From a virus, in IMG/VR virus record IMGVR_UViG_3300020182_002648, positions 1 to 64,000 of that record: a DNA stretch of 64,000 nucleotides; one strand, 5' to 3'. The translations under genes and the position numbers were made by a program. Positions 1 through 9,603 of the stretch are shown piece after piece. Numbering within the stretch: the stretch's first letter is position 1; each line of letters starts with the position of its first letter. The notes below the pieces were generated by a model. The model saw only the letters and a program-made list of their open reading frames with translations. It was not told the DNA's origin and made no database searches.

Positions 1-529
1 CAGTAATTTTAAATTTCATCGAGATAATAAGGAGGCTCTCAGACAAAACATACATACATTATGTAAACAATCAAAGAGTATACTAGAGATTGGTTTTAAT
101 GCTGGTCACTCAGCTGCTCTTTACACATATGCTAATCCTGAAATAATAATAAGATCATTTGATTTATGTTCACACAAATACTCAAAACCTTGTGGTGAGT
201 TATTAGCTAGAACACTATCAGACTTTAAACTCATTCCAGGTGATAGTCGAGAAACATTAAGAGATTATAATGAAGCACCGGCATTCGACTTGATACATAT
301 TGACGGAGGTCACGGATACAGTGCAGCTAAAAGCGATTTGTATGAATGTAAGAAGTTCTCAACAAAAGAAACAATATTGATATTTGATGATGCTTACCAT
401 ACTTTTGTAGAAAAGCTACTAACTGAAGAAACTTCATCCTCCAATCACACCGGGATGATAAGAGAGGTTAATTATACTGACTATAACTTAATACCCACAA
501 AGTGGCATCGAGTATTTAAGTATGAATAA
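1..529 (+). CDS. Class I SAM-dependent methyltransferase (Methyltransf_24-like), 5'-truncated by the window edge
   Basis: Frame is open from position 2, extending the 290..529 ORF. Contains motif I 'ILEIGFNAGHSA', 'LIPGDSRETL' and 'FDLIHIDGGH'. Confidence 0.85.
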   Translation, partial: SNFKFHRDNKEALRQNIHTLCKQSKSILEIGFNAGHSAALYTYANPEIIIRSFDLCSHKYSKPCGELLARTLSDFKLIPGDSRETLRDYNEAPAFDLIHIDGGHGYSAAKSDLYECKKFSTKETILIFDDAYHTFVEKLLTEETSSSNHTGMIREVNYTDYNLIPTKWHRVFKYE

Positions 530-535
530 AAAGGT

Positions 536-564
536 TTGACTTTACATGTAAAATATCGTATAAT
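536..564 (+). promoter_or_regulatory. Sigma70-type promoter, probably leaderless transcript
   Basis: TTGACT(536-541)-17 nt-TATAAT(559-564)-6 nt-ATG(571). Confidence 0.8.
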
Positions 565-570
565 ATATGT

Positions 571-1155
571 ATGATAGTTGATATTAAAAGTTACGACGGC
601 AATTTATTACATAACCGTTTCGCATATACATTTTTCAAGAAGAGAACATTACCAATTGGTAACATTATCACATTTCGTGGACCTATGCTTGTTGAAGCGG
701 ATGGGATGATCGACCATGAGGATGTTCTTAACAATGATTATATCTATAGTGATGATGCAGTTAATTTTCTCTGGGAGATACCTGACCTAGACACATTCGG
801 AGCAGTAGCATGGCAGAGGTTATTTAACACTGGTATTGCTAATGTGTTACAAAACTTGATCAAAGCTCCTATTGAAGTGGATGGAGATGATCTAATCGTA
901 CATAAAGAATTTACAAGTGGTGGTATCATACAAACCAAAGGTAAGTGTAGCGTTAGTATCACACACAACAAGAGTGGTGCTGCACTAGGTCATACCGGAA
1001 TTAACATTCGTGCTGGTGATAGAGCTCCTAGTTTTGCTTATAGTACTAACTTAACTGATGATCAAGTTAAGATTTTTCAAGATACCGTGGTTGAGATGTT
1101 TTATGCAATGAATGATGATATGTTCCTTGCTACGACTAAGATCATCAGCAAGTAG
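571..1155 (+). CDS. DUF366-family protein (lipoate/biotin-ligase-like fold)
   Basis: Motifs YDG..L..RFAY, IITFRGPM.V, MIDHED, IYSDD...F..E, WQRL, GDDL, GKCSVSI and H.GINI match my recollection of DUF366. Confidence 0.7.
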   Translation: MIVDIKSYDGNLLHNRFAYTFFKKRTLPIGNIITFRGPMLVEADGMIDHEDVLNNDYIYSDDAVNFLWEIPDLDTFGAVAWQRLFNTGIANVLQNLIKAPIEVDGDDLIVHKEFTSGGIIQTKGKCSVSITHNKSGAALGHTGINIRAGDRAPSFAYSTNLTDDQVKIFQDTVVEMFYAMNDDMFLATTKIISK

Positions 1156-1556
1156 TGACCATCTTTGATATTCTTAATGATATACTCTTCACCAAGAAGG
1201 GTAATCTATTAAAGAATGTAGATGAAGAAAGTTCTTTCAATAACTATATGGTTAATAGGTGGATCAGCATGCACAGCCCGTCATTAGCTATTGTTATCAA
1301 CAACACAAGCAATTGGCTGTGGAGTGTGTTTGAAACCAAACAAGACTACTACAAGTTTATCAACACAATAATTCCTCGTGTGTCTAGAAAGAGGATACAC
1401 TATATCAAGAAGACCAAACCGGAAGACAAACCAAAAGAGTTAGAGAACGTTGAATTACTCGCAAAGAGACTTGAACTTTCCCAAAGGGAGATTAAATCTT
1501 ATTATGAGTACAGCAGCCAACACAGCACAACTTCAACACGCCCAGACACAACTTAG
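1155..1556 (+). CDS. DNA polymerase clamp loader small subunit (T4 gp62-like)
   Basis: 'IFDILNDILFTKK...FNNYMVNRWISM...YYKFINTIIP..SRKRIHYIKK' pattern and size are typical of gp62 in T4-like phages. Confidence 0.7.
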   Translation: MTIFDILNDILFTKKGNLLKNVDEESSFNNYMVNRWISMHSPSLAIVINNTSNWLWSVFETKQDYYKFINTIIPRVSRKRIHYIKKTKPEDKPKELENVELLAKRLELSQREIKSYYEYSSQHSTTSTRPDTT

Positions 1557-1944
1557 AGACAAAGTCAAAGGCACTATTCAACTCGACAATTACGTGACGA
1601 GTGAAAATTTTGATCTATTCGGGTACGAACTTTCTAGTGTTCTAGATGATATTATTTTAGTTAAATTTCTAGACTGCAATGACGACGGATCAGAATTGCT
1701 TAAGAATGGTGTTTGGGTACCAATTAATGCCACCACATTCACATGGAGGATTGGTGAAGTTATTCTAGCAGGGCCAAATTGTGAGTATGTCAAACCCGGG
1801 AGTGTGGTTTGCTTCCCCAACGACAAAGGCATTCAAGTAGGTAATTTAGAAATTGATGGTCATGGTAAGCTTAAAAATAGCTGCTTCTTGAACGAAGCTA
1901 GAATATTTGGTATTTGCAAGACAAAGGAAACAGATAGTGAATGA
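1504..1944 (+). CDS. groES: GroES/Cpn10-like co-chaperonin (functional analogue of T4 gp31)
   Basis: 'VLDDIILVK...KNGVWVP...GEVILAGP.CEYVKPGSVVCFP...FLNEARIFGI' follows the GroES pattern. ATG at 1504 preferred over TTG at 1450. Confidence 0.7.
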   Translation: MSTAANTAQLQHAQTQLRDKVKGTIQLDNYVTSENFDLFGYELSSVLDDIILVKFLDCNDDGSELLKNGVWVPINATTFTWRIGEVILAGPNCEYVKPGSVVCFPNDKGIQVGNLEIDGHGKLKNSCFLNEARIFGICKTKETDSE

Positions 1945-2327
1945 AGGTAGGTATATCAACGCTACGTGTGTTGCTTGAGAATAACGTACTCGAAATAAAG
2001 TTCAAGCGAAGAAGACCAAAAGCTGGAGCACCAGCCACGCGTAGAATGTTATGTACCAACAATCCTGTTGTTTTACAGAGCAGCACAGGCAGACAAACTC
2101 TACACTATAAAACAGCAACTGGTACTCCCAAGTACAGTCCTACAGCAAAAAATTTAGTTATAGCATGGGACATATTCAAACAAGACTACAGGGCTATAAG
2201 CGGAGACAATATAGAAGTGATAAACACTATACCTATCAGTGGTGATGGTAAGGAGTTTTGGCAATATTTTGCAGACACAATACATCCAATGACACCTCAA
2301 CAGAAAGCGAGTTTTTTCAATGTCTGA
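1941..2327 (+). CDS. SH3-like beta-barrel protein (WYL_2/DUF2693-like), common in T4-like phages
   Basis: 'LLENNVLEIKFKRR....TRRMLCT....VIAWDIFKQDYRAI'; ATGA overlap with the upstream stop. Confidence 0.6.
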   Translation: MKVGISTLRVLLENNVLEIKFKRRRPKAGAPATRRMLCTNNPVVLQSSTGRQTLHYKTATGTPKYSPTAKNLVIAWDIFKQDYRAISGDNIEVINTIPISGDGKEFWQYFADTIHPMTPQQKASFFNV

Positions 2328-2682
2328 TCTTGTTCAAAAAAAGATGAAGTTGCTGGAACCAATGTTACAAAAGAATGTGATATTCAACATAGGTACCAAA
2401 ACCATAAGAAGAGGTAGATTGCTGTTGTTCAATATAGATGATTATTATATCAAGTTTACTATCAAAACAAACAAGGATGTGATCAAAACATATGACGCCC
2501 CGTATCCGTACGATATAATAGAAGGTGACAACTCTGTTAAATTGTCATATAAACTAGAAGACTTTTGCAGAGGTAACACTAAAAAAGAAGAATTGCTCCG
2601 AGAGCAGATACCAATTGGCAATAATAAACTATATGATACAAAGCTGATAATTACAAATATTGACCCGTTAGTCAATAAGTAA
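2320..2682 (+). CDS. Hypothetical protein
   Basis: 120-aa ORF overlapping the upstream gene, in operon orientation. Confidence 0.7.
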   Translation: MSDLVQKKMKLLEPMLQKNVIFNIGTKTIRRGRLLLFNIDDYYIKFTIKTNKDVIKTYDAPYPYDIIEGDNSVKLSYKLEDFCRGNTKKEELLREQIPIGNNKLYDTKLIITNIDPLVNK

Positions 2683-2686
2683 TTAC

Positions 2687-2905
2687 ATGGCGCATATAGA
2701 ACCCGTATTTTCACACATCCCTCCAGTTACTGGTGATGTAAACTACTCACCACTAGGTGGCAAAATTGGCTTGGAAGCTGAAGACGTTGCTAATATCAAG
2801 GCTGTCGCTAGCGCAGAAGCAACCGCAGCTATTGAGGCTGGTTACGGTGAAGTTGGTGACGGAGAGGTTTTAGACCATGTACGTAAAAGAAATCTTGGGT
2901 ATTAG
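2687..2905 (+). CDS. Small hypothetical late protein
   Basis: 72 aa; preceded by late-promoter-like AATAAGTA (2674-2681) 5 nt before the ATG. Confidence 0.65.
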   Translation: MAHIEPVFSHIPPVTGDVNYSPLGGKIGLEAEDVANIKAVASAEATAAIEAGYGEVGDGEVLDHVRKRNLGY

Positions 2906-3186
2906 TACCCAATAAGATTTAAACACAAAAAGTCCCCAAAACGTCTATCATTCGATAGTTATATAATAATATAGCGATACCTACCGCTATCAATGTCTTG
3001 CAAGTAATGGGTAAGGACAAGGTGAGTAATTTTATCCGGCTGATTTGGTACATACACAATGCACCTATGAACTAACATAGATTACATTGAGTATGGTAAT
3101 AATATCCGTATTGATATGTTTTACACAAAAGACGCACTCTTCGAGATATCAATTTTATGGAGAATCCTGACCTAATAAACTCCGGT

Positions 3187-3194
3187 TATAAATA
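3187..3194 (+). promoter_or_regulatory. Perfect T4-type late promoter TATAAATA in an intergenic gap
   Basis: Exact TATAAATA; the only ORF directly following is 44 codons (3206-3340). Confidence 0.5.
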
Positions 3195-3231
3195 ACCACT
3201 AATATATGCCGACAATAGTCGCAGTTCGGTG

Positions 3232-3417
3232 CTATGCGGATTTTAAGCCGCCGTTTTTCACCTGCCGTCTAACAGTTGTGTTTAATTTAGCTACGTTCGT
3301 TCTAGCAGTTCTCTCTGCCAAGTTGAATCCTATCTCTTGAGCTAACCACTGCTCACACTCGTGTACCGAAAATGCCGATAGGCAGCACTGTAGCGTTGTT
3401 TCACACTTTTGTACCAT
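3232..3417 (-). CDS. Possible small protein (61 aa), or part of a structured RNA
   Basis: ORF is preceded on the minus strand by TTGACT-16 nt-TATTAT; no recognisable family. Confidence 0.35.
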   Translation of the reverse strand: MVQKCETTLQCCLSAFSVHECEQWLAQEIGFNLAERTARTNVAKLNTTVRRQVKNGGLKSA

Positions 3418-3465
3418 ATATTATAATATAGTATGATAATGAGAAGTCAACTGATAAATAATATT

Positions 3466-4158
3466 ATGAACAAAGATGACATGTTATTATTTGAAGCCTA
3501 TGAGTTAAGTAAAGCTGATAGAATATTAGAGAGTATATTGCCTGGGTATGGAGATTATATCATCACAGAAAAAGAATATAAACTCCCTAGTAATGTCATT
3601 ACTAAAGATGAATTTGAGAGATCGTCCCAACACCCAGGGAATGCCCCGTGGGATAGCAAATCTACTAACACAATGAATTATAATGCTGACAATCCACTTG
3701 ACGGTAAACCAACAATGACTAAACATCCAGAAGGTGTGGGTGTGTTTGACGGTCCGGAATCATTAATGGATAAACTTGATGCAATACTTGACAAAGTGAT
3801 TGAGTATGGTGGTACATTACTCAAAGCAGCACCAGCTGCAATTGTCACAGGAATTTTAGCTAAACTATTGGGTAAGGGTATCAAATTTTTGCTTAGAAAT
3901 CACGATCCAGAGGCTAGAGAAATCAAAAAACGTGATGAAAGAAACTTGAGAATCACACATGCAATGCAAAAAGGTGATCAGATGGGTGATGATGAGATGG
4001 GTCGTGAGATTGATAGAATAAGTGAAAAGCTTGATATCAAATATGGTCAAGGTGTTTCATGGTGGAAGGAAATGTTGTGGAGAGTTAGTGATTTCTTTGA
4101 TGAAGGAGCAGGTAAATATATCGCTGGTCTGGGTGTTTTAGTGTTAGCGTTCGTTTAA
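3466..4158 (+). CDS. Putative internal head/ejected protein with hydrophobic segments
   Basis: GATAAATA (3453-3460) 5 nt before ATG 3466; N-terminal [LI]-x-E motifs (LFE, ILE, ITE) resembling gp21 cleavage sites; hydrophobic stretches AAPAAIVTGILAKLLG and YIAGLGVLVLAFV. Confidence 0.5.
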   Translation: MNKDDMLLFEAYELSKADRILESILPGYGDYIITEKEYKLPSNVITKDEFERSSQHPGNAPWDSKSTNTMNYNADNPLDGKPTMTKHPEGVGVFDGPESLMDKLDAILDKVIEYGGTLLKAAPAAIVTGILAKLLGKGIKFLLRNHDPEAREIKKRDERNLRITHAMQKGDQMGDDEMGREIDRISEKLDIKYGQGVSWWKEMLWRVSDFFDEGAGKYIAGLGVLVLAFV

Positions 4159-4161
4159 GTC

Positions 4162-5268
4162 ATGAGAGAACAACCATTCTATTTCGAGATCAAGGATATA
4201 ATGACCCAATTTGTGGGTGCATTCAATAATATCATCATCAGTCGGCATAACAAGGATAGAGACGTTAGATCGAAGGTTCATGTGAGATATGTATATGCAC
4301 CTAAACAACGTGTTGTACATGATTTAACTAACAAGGCCAAGCATTTAACCTTGCCTGTCGTTGCAGTCAATATTGGAAGTGTCAGTAGAGATGAAAGTAG
4401 AGTGTTTAACAAACTTGAAGGATCGTATTTCGCGAGTGAAGAAACTCACATAAGTGCAGAAAGAACTGAGAAATCTCAGACCACATACAACATGCCCCAG
4501 CCGGTTCCTGTTAACATAGAGGTTAACATGAGTATATTGGCTAGATATCAAACAGACGTTGAGCAAATAATAAGCAATTTCGTTCCTTACAATGATCCGT
4601 ATATTGTGATATCATGGAAATTACCTGAAGGGTTTAGTAGCAAAGATCAGGAGATCAGATCAGAGGTACTATGGAATGGTAATTTGAGTATGAATTATCC
4701 GGATGAATTGAGTAGCACCACACCTTACAGACTAGCATGCGACACGTCGTTCACTATCAAGACATGGTTATTCAAGAAGCACAGAGCTCCTGTGCACAAT
4801 ATATTTCAGATCACAACTAACATGTCTCCTGTACCGGAAATTACAAGCGATTTTTCCTTCATCACACCTTACTACGATGAACTGACCGAAAGTTCGTACA
4901 CATCTGGACTAGGTCCACCACTAACTGCTGCGCCTTTCATAACTCACATAGACACAGAGAGGTACGAGGAGAATGAAATATTAGGTTACAACATGTCATC
5001 AACAACAGGGGTGTACTTATCAAGTAATGATATAAACAGTTTGAGTGGTATGGAGATTGTACCATTCACTGATCCCTACCTATCATCAATATACCCATCC
5101 TTCTCAGGTGTGCCTATCAATTACAATATAGTCAACGACAATAAAATATACTTTGATCTCCCAGAGCTCCCTAAGAACGTGACTTATGACCTGATTGTGC
5201 AAAATATAGGCGGATATGATACAGCACTTAACTCTACACTTCATGGCAAAGGAATATTCCTATCATAA
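4162..5268 (+). CDS. Tail terminator/sheath stabiliser (T4 gp15-like) with C-terminal extension
   Basis: 'FYFEIKDIMTQFVGAFNNIIISR...VRYVYAPKQRV...LTLPVVAV...PVPVNIEVNMSILARYQTDVEQIISNFVPY...SFTIKTWLF' is the gp15 pattern. Confidence 0.85.
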   Translation: MREQPFYFEIKDIMTQFVGAFNNIIISRHNKDRDVRSKVHVRYVYAPKQRVVHDLTNKAKHLTLPVVAVNIGSVSRDESRVFNKLEGSYFASEETHISAERTEKSQTTYNMPQPVPVNIEVNMSILARYQTDVEQIISNFVPYNDPYIVISWKLPEGFSSKDQEIRSEVLWNGNLSMNYPDELSSTTPYRLACDTSFTIKTWLFKKHRAPVHNIFQITTNMSPVPEITSDFSFITPYYDELTESSYTSGLGPPLTAAPFITHIDTERYEENEILGYNMSSTTGVYLSSNDINSLSGMEIVPFTDPYLSSIYPSFSGVPINYNIVNDNKIYFDLPELPKNVTYDLIVQNIGGYDTALNSTLHGKGIFLS

Positions 5269-5277
5269 ATAATTATA

Positions 5278-5802
5278 ATGACCGAGTGTACAAATAACAT
5301 AACCCTAAGTGATTTACCTACTTGCAGTAATATAGATAACCAAGGATATTTAATTGTACAGAATACTGATAGTACATGCAAGGTTAAGATTTCAGACTTA
5401 GTGTTAGGTGTCGAGAATGTAAGTTTCTATCCGGAACTACTCGATATTATATCTCAACTAGAAACATTAACAGCAATCGTACAATCCAAGTCAGCAGAAT
5501 GGGATACATGCTACACAACAACCAACACAAACAGTGCTGCTTGGGGTCAGGTTGACAGCTTAGGTTTAGCTGAAGTTGGTAATATTGTTGAAACAACAAG
5601 TGCAGAATGGAGTGACACAACATCTTTAGTATTAGCGAAAAGCGCTCAATGGGACGCAGCTTATACGTATATGACTGATTACTCTGTAGAGTGGAACGAT
5701 GGACTAGCTACAATAGCATTATATCCAGAGTACTCAACCACTATAGGAATAGTTCAAGAATTATCCGGTCAATGGAATACAGCTTACATGAACTGGCAGT
5801 AA
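5278..5802 (+). CDS. Virion/fibre accessory protein with degenerate 14-aa Trp repeats
   Basis: SAEW/SAAW/SAQW/SVEW/SGQW, several at 14-aa spacing as in the large fibres; CATAAATA at 5264-5271. Confidence 0.65.
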   Translation: MTECTNNITLSDLPTCSNIDNQGYLIVQNTDSTCKVKISDLVLGVENVSFYPELLDIISQLETLTAIVQSKSAEWDTCYTTTNTNSAAWGQVDSLGLAEVGNIVETTSAEWSDTTSLVLAKSAQWDAAYTYMTDYSVEWNDGLATIALYPEYSTTIGIVQELSGQWNTAYMNWQ

Positions 5803-5808
5803 TTGAAT

Positions 5809-8800
5809 ATGAGAAATGTAAAGATCAAGTCCGGAGAGAATTGGAATTCATTATCCCTAGATTATGAGTTTGATGATAAAATAAAATTCAGTAACAAAGT
5901 AATAACTAGTGCAGATGGTATTTCTCTAAACCTAAGTGATACTCTATCAAATTGTGTGGATATATCTAATAATAATTACAGTACATTGATGATGAGTGAC
6001 TTGTGTAGACTTGACGACTTAATTGACCTAGATGTCAATACAACCGATTACCCAGAACAATTCACTACCACACTTACATTCGATTCATCACCTGTCATAA
6101 CAACCACTAGTAAATATTTAAAAATCCTACCTAGAGTTGATGATAGTGATGAGCGGGATTTAATATTCGGGGAAGATATCATTGACAATGTAGCGTATGA
6201 TAGTTATTATTTTAATCAGACAGAGGATGACAATGATATTTATTTTAGTATAAATCTAATATCACATGATCAACTTACAATCAGTCATAACGATAATTAC
6301 GCAAACGTTTATCTGACGCTCCGGAGCGACGGTACGTTTACATTTCGTGTTGGTACACTAGATGAACCGAGTTCTAGTCAAATATTCAAATATTTTATTA
6401 ATAAAACCACCGGTAGTTTGATATTAATGACGGAGGTCGCCGGTGTGACATCGTATATAGGAACTAAGGCCGGGGAGTTAAGCTTATTGACTCCATCCAT
6501 TGAGGACCCCAAGTATCCACCATCAAGTTTAATTTCAATATTCCCCTACAGTAAGACATCAAAGAGGATGAGTATAATTAACAGTTGGGTCAGTTATAAG
6601 ACGACTGGAGATCTAAATAATTTAAATGTTAATGAGAGTAGAAGTTATAAGGATGTGTTTAATAATTTTATATTCAGTAACCAGTATAGTTGTATAACAG
6701 GATCAAACATGAATCTTGATATAATACAACTAAAGAATCAACTAACATCAGACTCAAACTCAACACGTAATAATCCATTTCCTAATTTTATTGACTGTGA
6801 TCATCGAGAATATGACAGTATATTCACTGGTAGTAATCAGATCAAAGGGACTGATAACATGTACTTAGGTTATAATACATACACGACTGATATTACACTA
6901 CCTACTGACAGCATAACCTACTTCCATACACCTCAAGTGATGTACCCTATAAGTAAGCTAAATGTTAACGATAGTGGTTTGATAGAATCCGGAGCAATTG
7001 GAGGTGATTCGCCTATAGTGTCTGATAAACTCTTCAAAAAGGCATCCAACTATAAATACAACTCTCCTCACGGAGCTCCTTCAGATGAGGAAACTGGTGT
7101 ATGGTTGTGTACTTGGTTGAGGAGTAGTATAGAGTCTATATGGGATGGTGATGTTGAGTACGATAGAGATATACTTGTCAGCTACAACAACTCAGTATAC
7201 AAATCATTGAAAAGAAACTCAAACTCTATACCCTCTAGTGATAGAACATCATGGGTTGAAGTACCAGAAGAAAAACCAGTATGGGTTGACAGGTATTATA
7301 ATCCTGAGTATTATAGTACCCAGCAAGCATTAGAGGTACCAGATCAATATACATCATATGCATCTAAGTTTGAGTATATTGTATCAACTCTCAGTGCAGA
7401 GGAGATATACGTATTTGATAAGAAGAGTGATTTGGTGTTTGAGCCTGGGTGTCTTTACGCGTATTATAGGATAGGTGGTAGTGAGAATAATACTATAATA
7501 GATAGTTTGAGATCAACGTTAATTCATGAAGGTCAGTCACCTGCTTACAGAGATGACAGAACCATATACAATAACCCCAACAGGTCATTAACACTAGATG
7601 GTACTCTATATATAGAAACAGAGTCACTAAACAAGACTAACAACAGTGATTACACCATATCAGTTAATATAGGTTGTGATGACTGGACGAAACCATTTGG
7701 AGGTCAGATAGTAGGTAACTATACTAATCACGGAATCGGTATATTTAACACTATGTACACAACGCCCTTCATAATCATATCAAATGAATCCAGTACAGGT
7801 ATATACAACACTAATCTCGAGTTAATTAAATCAATACCATTATCTGGGATCCAGGTAGTACATGGACCTGGGGCAGAGAATATACACATACTACATACAG
7901 TTAATGGAATATATAACATTGCTCAATACGATCATACTGGATTATTAGTAGAGAACACTCCACTACCGGATATTAACTCTACTATATCTCATATAAACAT
8001 CGATGGAGATTATATGTATATACTCGATGTCACTAACTCAGTTTACAAGTATAATATTAACAATGAAGTACAGGACATATTGTATAAACCTATACCAGCT
8101 GGAGTTATAGGTGACGAGCAATTACTATCTACCAAAACATACATTGAGATATTTGATGAATATCAGTATAAAATAAACTGTGATCAATACACAATAGACG
8201 TAACCGGTAGTATATGGTATAAAAAAGCTGGCAATATTGTCAAGTATATGCCGTCTAATCAATTAGGATCGAACGCGACGTATAGCAATACAATCAACAA
8301 TATAAGTGTATCTCTGATTGCAGAAGAGAGGACACGTGGATCTGATGGCAATAATATTATAATATTTGGGGACGGTATTAACACGTTATCTTTTATAGTA
8401 GGAGAGTGGAATGATCAGAATCCAGCTAATAAAGTTAGGATAATAAGTGGTGATGATAGTAAATCTCTTATTATATCAGACAACGAGCAGATAAGGTTGA
8501 TAGGTGGAATTGATGCCGGATCTTCGACCACTAATATAGCGCTGTCATCCGTTGATTGTGACATTACTGGTATCAAATCTGATATAGATAATAATATATG
8601 GCTCCTGGCTAAAGATAATCAATCGTTGACGGTTTATAAAATCGATAGTAACAGAAACATACTGTATAAGAAATCACTACGTGATATTAACACTATCCTC
8701 AATGACATGGTTGTAGGTAATATCTACTTAGACTTAATTTCTGAATTTAAGGAAGGAGAGCATATTAACAATGTATTAATATTAAATCAAAATCCAACTG

Positions 8801-9600
8801 ATATGACCAGTATAGAAGTCATAAAACTCGATTTGGATTGTAATTTTATAAGTAAAAACAACCAAACCATCCCACAATTAAGCACTACAGATATCAACAC
8901 ACTTCATAACATAACTAACTACGAGACTGTCAAGAGAATGTATAATGATACGATTGAGCGTAATCATATTATATTTAAATCACGATTACAAGGATATTTC
9001 GATACCGACAAGACATACACACAGGAAGTCAAGATCGATGTTTCAGGTCTTTCACCTGGCTACCATCATTTCGCGACAGCATTTGATGCTACAAAAGGTA
9101 TTACTACGGTGTTTTGTGATGGTGAATTGAAGCAGGTTTTAAGATCCGACGACATATATACCGGCGCGGCATATAAATTTAGTAAGACAGTACACGATCC
9201 CTTGTTAGTAGGTACTGAACCATTCTTAAATAACATCACATTAAGCGACCACCTAAATATATCTAACTACTCTACTATATCAGGTGTAAATGTAGATCGG
9301 TTACGTGTATATAATAAATCACTAAATTTTCATAAAATCAGGGCACTTACTAGAGAAGATAAAGATATACAACCAATAACCTTGTCATTACCGACAGGTA
9401 AGAGATCTTATATCGACCAAGTTAAACAGATACATAAACACCGATCAGCCGGCCGCAAATCAAGTGATATTGATATATCTATTACCAATATAACCGTTTC
9501 CGGAGATGATATCAAGCAATTAATAAATCAAAAGATATTTAAAGAGATAACCGATACATTATCTCCAAACTCAACTATCAGAAACATCAACTGGGTATAA
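5809..9600 (+). CDS. Large virion structural protein with LamG/concanavalin-like and CBM5/12-like segments
   Basis: About 1263 aa. LamG-like 'YHHFATAFDATKGITTVFCDGELKQ...VDRLRVYNKSL'; CBM-like 'WDGDVEYDRDILVSYNNSVYKS....IPSSDRTSW'; structural gene context. Confidence 0.6.
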   Translation: MRNVKIKSGENWNSLSLDYEFDDKIKFSNKVITSADGISLNLSDTLSNCVDISNNNYSTLMMSDLCRLDDLIDLDVNTTDYPEQFTTTLTFDSSPVITTTSKYLKILPRVDDSDERDLIFGEDIIDNVAYDSYYFNQTEDDNDIYFSINLISHDQLTISHNDNYANVYLTLRSDGTFTFRVGTLDEPSSSQIFKYFINKTTGSLILMTEVAGVTSYIGTKAGELSLLTPSIEDPKYPPSSLISIFPYSKTSKRMSIINSWVSYKTTGDLNNLNVNESRSYKDVFNNFIFSNQYSCITGSNMNLDIIQLKNQLTSDSNSTRNNPFPNFIDCDHREYDSIFTGSNQIKGTDNMYLGYNTYTTDITLPTDSITYFHTPQVMYPISKLNVNDSGLIESGAIGGDSPIVSDKLFKKASNYKYNSPHGAPSDEETGVWLCTWLRSSIESIWDGDVEYDRDILVSYNNSVYKSLKRNSNSIPSSDRTSWVEVPEEKPVWVDRYYNPEYYSTQQALEVPDQYTSYASKFEYIVSTLSAEEIYVFDKKSDLVFEPGCLYAYYRIGGSENNTIIDSLRSTLIHEGQSPAYRDDRTIYNNPNRSLTLDGTLYIETESLNKTNNSDYTISVNIGCDDWTKPFGGQIVGNYTNHGIGIFNTMYTTPFIIISNESSTGIYNTNLELIKSIPLSGIQVVHGPGAENIHILHTVNGIYNIAQYDHTGLLVENTPLPDINSTISHINIDGDYMYILDVTNSVYKYNINNEVQDILYKPIPAGVIGDEQLLSTKTYIEIFDEYQYKINCDQYTIDVTGSIWYKKAGNIVKYMPSNQLGSNATYSNTINNISVSLIAEERTRGSDGNNIIIFGDGINTLSFIVGEWNDQNPANKVRIISGDDSKSLIISDNEQIRLIGGIDAGSSTTNIALSSVDCDITGIKSDIDNNIWLLAKDNQSLTVYKIDSNRNILYKKSLRDINTILNDMVVGNIYLDLISEFKEGEHINNVLILNQNPTDMTSIEVIKLDLDCNFISKNNQTIPQLSTTDINTLHNITNYETVKRMYNDTIERNHIIFKSRLQGYFDTDKTYTQEVKIDVSGLSPGYHHFATAFDATKGITTVFCDGELKQVLRSDDIYTGAAYKFSKTVHDPLLVGTEPFLNNITLSDHLNISNYSTISGVNVDRLRVYNKSLNFHKIRALTREDKDIQPITLSLPTGKRSYIDQVKQIHKHRSAGRKSSDIDISITNITVSGDDIKQLINQKIFKEITDTLSPNSTIRNINWV

Positions 9601-9603
9601 TAA

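Noticed and set aside
2906-3432. tRNA or tmRNA genes
   Set aside because: No cloverleaf with T-loop and CCA end, and no valid tag reading frame found by eye on either strand.
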